Below, one piece after another: positions 62,090-64,000 of a stretch of 64,000 bases of DNA. Origin of the DNA: Podarcis cretensis. Taxonomy: Eukaryota. The notes beneath the pieces are model-generated. The model was not told the origin of the DNA. It saw nothing but the letters and a program-made list of their open reading frames with translations, and did no database searches. Position 1 is the first letter of the stretch. The number at the start of each line of letters is the position of its first letter. Where the stretch lies: contig OX638151.1 of NCBI GenBank assembly GCA_951804945.1, positions 73,222,001-73,286,000 on the forward strand, written 5' to 3'. The position numbers were made by a program, and so were the translations under genes.

Positions 62090-63750
62090 GAATCATAAAT
62101 ATGTAGATGACACACAGCTCTATTTCTCTTTTCCAGCTGCTAATCCCAGGCAGGCAAGGTCAACCCTATGATGAGGCTTAGTGATACAGCTGCCTCAGGG
62201 GGGAGATGCTGAGGTGTGTGGGGGGGCAGAGCTGTGCGTGCCATGTGGTCTGCCCCGTGCCATGTGGCCTGCCCTGTACCCCCTGTGCTAGCCTGCTGCC
62301 CTCATCTGTGGTGGAAGATACTGTCCTCTTACCAGTATTGGAGTAAGATTCAACTACCAGTCAAATTGGCTTCTTGGGGTCTCAAATTTCAATAATGCCC
62401 TGTGCGACACCAAAATATGGTGCACACACCCCCACAGGCTCCACACCTAGTGCGACCAAACTGGTTTCACTCCCCTAAATCCACCTTTGCCTTTGCCTCT
62501 GCATGTGCCTTGGGGAGGGCACTATCTTTTCCTTTGCCTTAGGCAGCAAAATGTATTGAGCCAGCCTGTAGGCAGGTTTCTGAAGTACTGAACTGATGGC
62601 TGGTAGCTAGATTGGACAGGATAAAGGTGAACAAGATGGATCTTAATTCATCTAAAATTGAAGTGTTGTGGGTAAGGAAAGAGACTATTCTGGATAGAGG
62701 ACTGCAACTGGTCTTGGACAGTGTTGCACACCTCCTAAAATACTTGGGTATACTCTTGGACTCAGCACGACTTGGGGAAGCTCAGGTAGCTGCTGTGGCC
62801 AGAAGTACCTTTCATCAGCTTAGGCTGATCTGACGGCTGTGACGAACTAAAGAGAATGGGCACTGCCACAGTTATCCATGCACTACTGACATACTAAATT
62901 GGCCACTATAATATACTCTGTGTATTATAGAAAACACTATAATACATTCTATAAAACAATATGTTGAGCTACCTTTAAAGACTGTTTGGAAACCTCAACT
63001 GGTAAAAAATGTGGCCACAACTCCAGGCTAGAACCAGGTAAGCAGCATATTGAGTTGCATTGAATGTAGCACTAGTAACTCATTCTGTCAGCAGGATTCA
63101 TGTATATGCAATGGAACTCCCTGCTTACTTGCAGAACCCCTAAATCTGTTTAAGGGGTTATCCCAACTCTCCAGGTGGAGAGGGAGGGAAAGTTCTGTGG
63201 TACAAATATAAATCCTTGTGTTAATGGAACAAGTGCATTGAATGCTACCCATTATACAAATATTGCATCAGTTGCACTGATTGCCAGTGTGTTTCCAGGC
63301 CCAGTTTAAAGTGCTGGTCATGACCTTTAAAGCCCTGAACAGTTTGGGATCAGGTAACTTAAAAGGATTGACTATATTCATACAAGTTTGCCTGTACCTC
63401 AAGAGGATGTTCTGTTGAGATCCCCACAAGCAAAGTAAATTAGTTTGCCAAGCACACAGGCCAGAGATTTTCTAGCAGTGGATGCAGAATTGTGGAATAC
63501 TATCCCACTAGATATTTGGCCCCATCCCTGGATATTTTCAAGATCTATTTATCTAGTCTTACAAAAACTAACAATGACTGGGAATTTAAGTGCCTTGCAC
63601 CATGCTAGATTTCTTATTTTAATAATATAGGTTTAATTTCTTGAAATACTTTTAAATGTTATTTACTCTATTTTATTGTTGCAGCTTATGTGAACTGCCT
63701 TGGGAAGAATTTTACTCTTGAAAGGCAATACAGAAATTATTAAATATAAA
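62090..63750 (+). mobile_element. Old L2 LINE ORF2 remnant interrupted by younger insertions (about 62150-62570 and 63050-63250)
   Basis: YVDDTQLY RT motif at about 62100; ORF 62612 (LNSSKIEVL...LKYLGILLDS); TFKALN at about 63320; ELWNTIP. Confidence 0.8.
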
Positions 63751-64000
63751 TGAATGATGACTTTGGAAGTGTGTGTACTCAGCCTTTTCAATAACCCTAA
63801 GGTTAATATCATTTATTGGTCCTTTGCACTAATTATGGCATTAGATAATAAAAGAGGCTCATAAATGAACATTGTAAAAGCAGCACTATTTTAATGTTTT
63901 GTACAGAGTGACATCAAAGCTATTATATCACTCTGTGAGGCCACTGGCAACAAAGTGCGGCTCCCCTGCCCCTGGCCTAGTATGCAGCCAGGAGCAGTGA

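Overview
Vertebrate genomic DNA, almost certainly a squamate reptile (Sauria SINEs with ACCTTT tails; a lacertid-type lizard is my inference). It holds the syntenic block REV3L-MFSD4B-SLC16A10. (1) The 3' part of REV3L (DNA polymerase zeta catalytic subunit) is on +: 20 coding exons from 442 to the TAG at 37315. All have GT-AG junctions and consistent phases, giving about 2585 aa, including a 4138-nt giant exon. (2) A complete 4-exon MFSD4B (KIAA1919/NaGLT1-type MFS transporter, about 616 aa) is on -, convergent with REV3L, with a CpG-island promoter. (3) The last three coding exons and a long 3' UTR of SLC16A10 (MCT10/TAT1) are on -. Introns carry many TEs: Sauria SINEs, Tigger/pogo-type and Tc2-like MITEs, hAT MITEs with 8-bp TSDs, L2/CR1 fragments, a Penelope relic with a decayed hammerhead core and a probable DIRS relic. 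I found no new multi-gene system. The best leads are: an MFSD4B cytosolic-tail/promoter signature (PP1 RVxF motif, acidic LIR-like motif, CLEAR-like E-boxes); a hairpin hAT-MITE family spreading the ACTACAnnTCCCA (ZNF143/THAP11-type) motif also seen in the MFSD4B promoter; the ribozyme and DIRS relics; and a candidate intronic enhancer.
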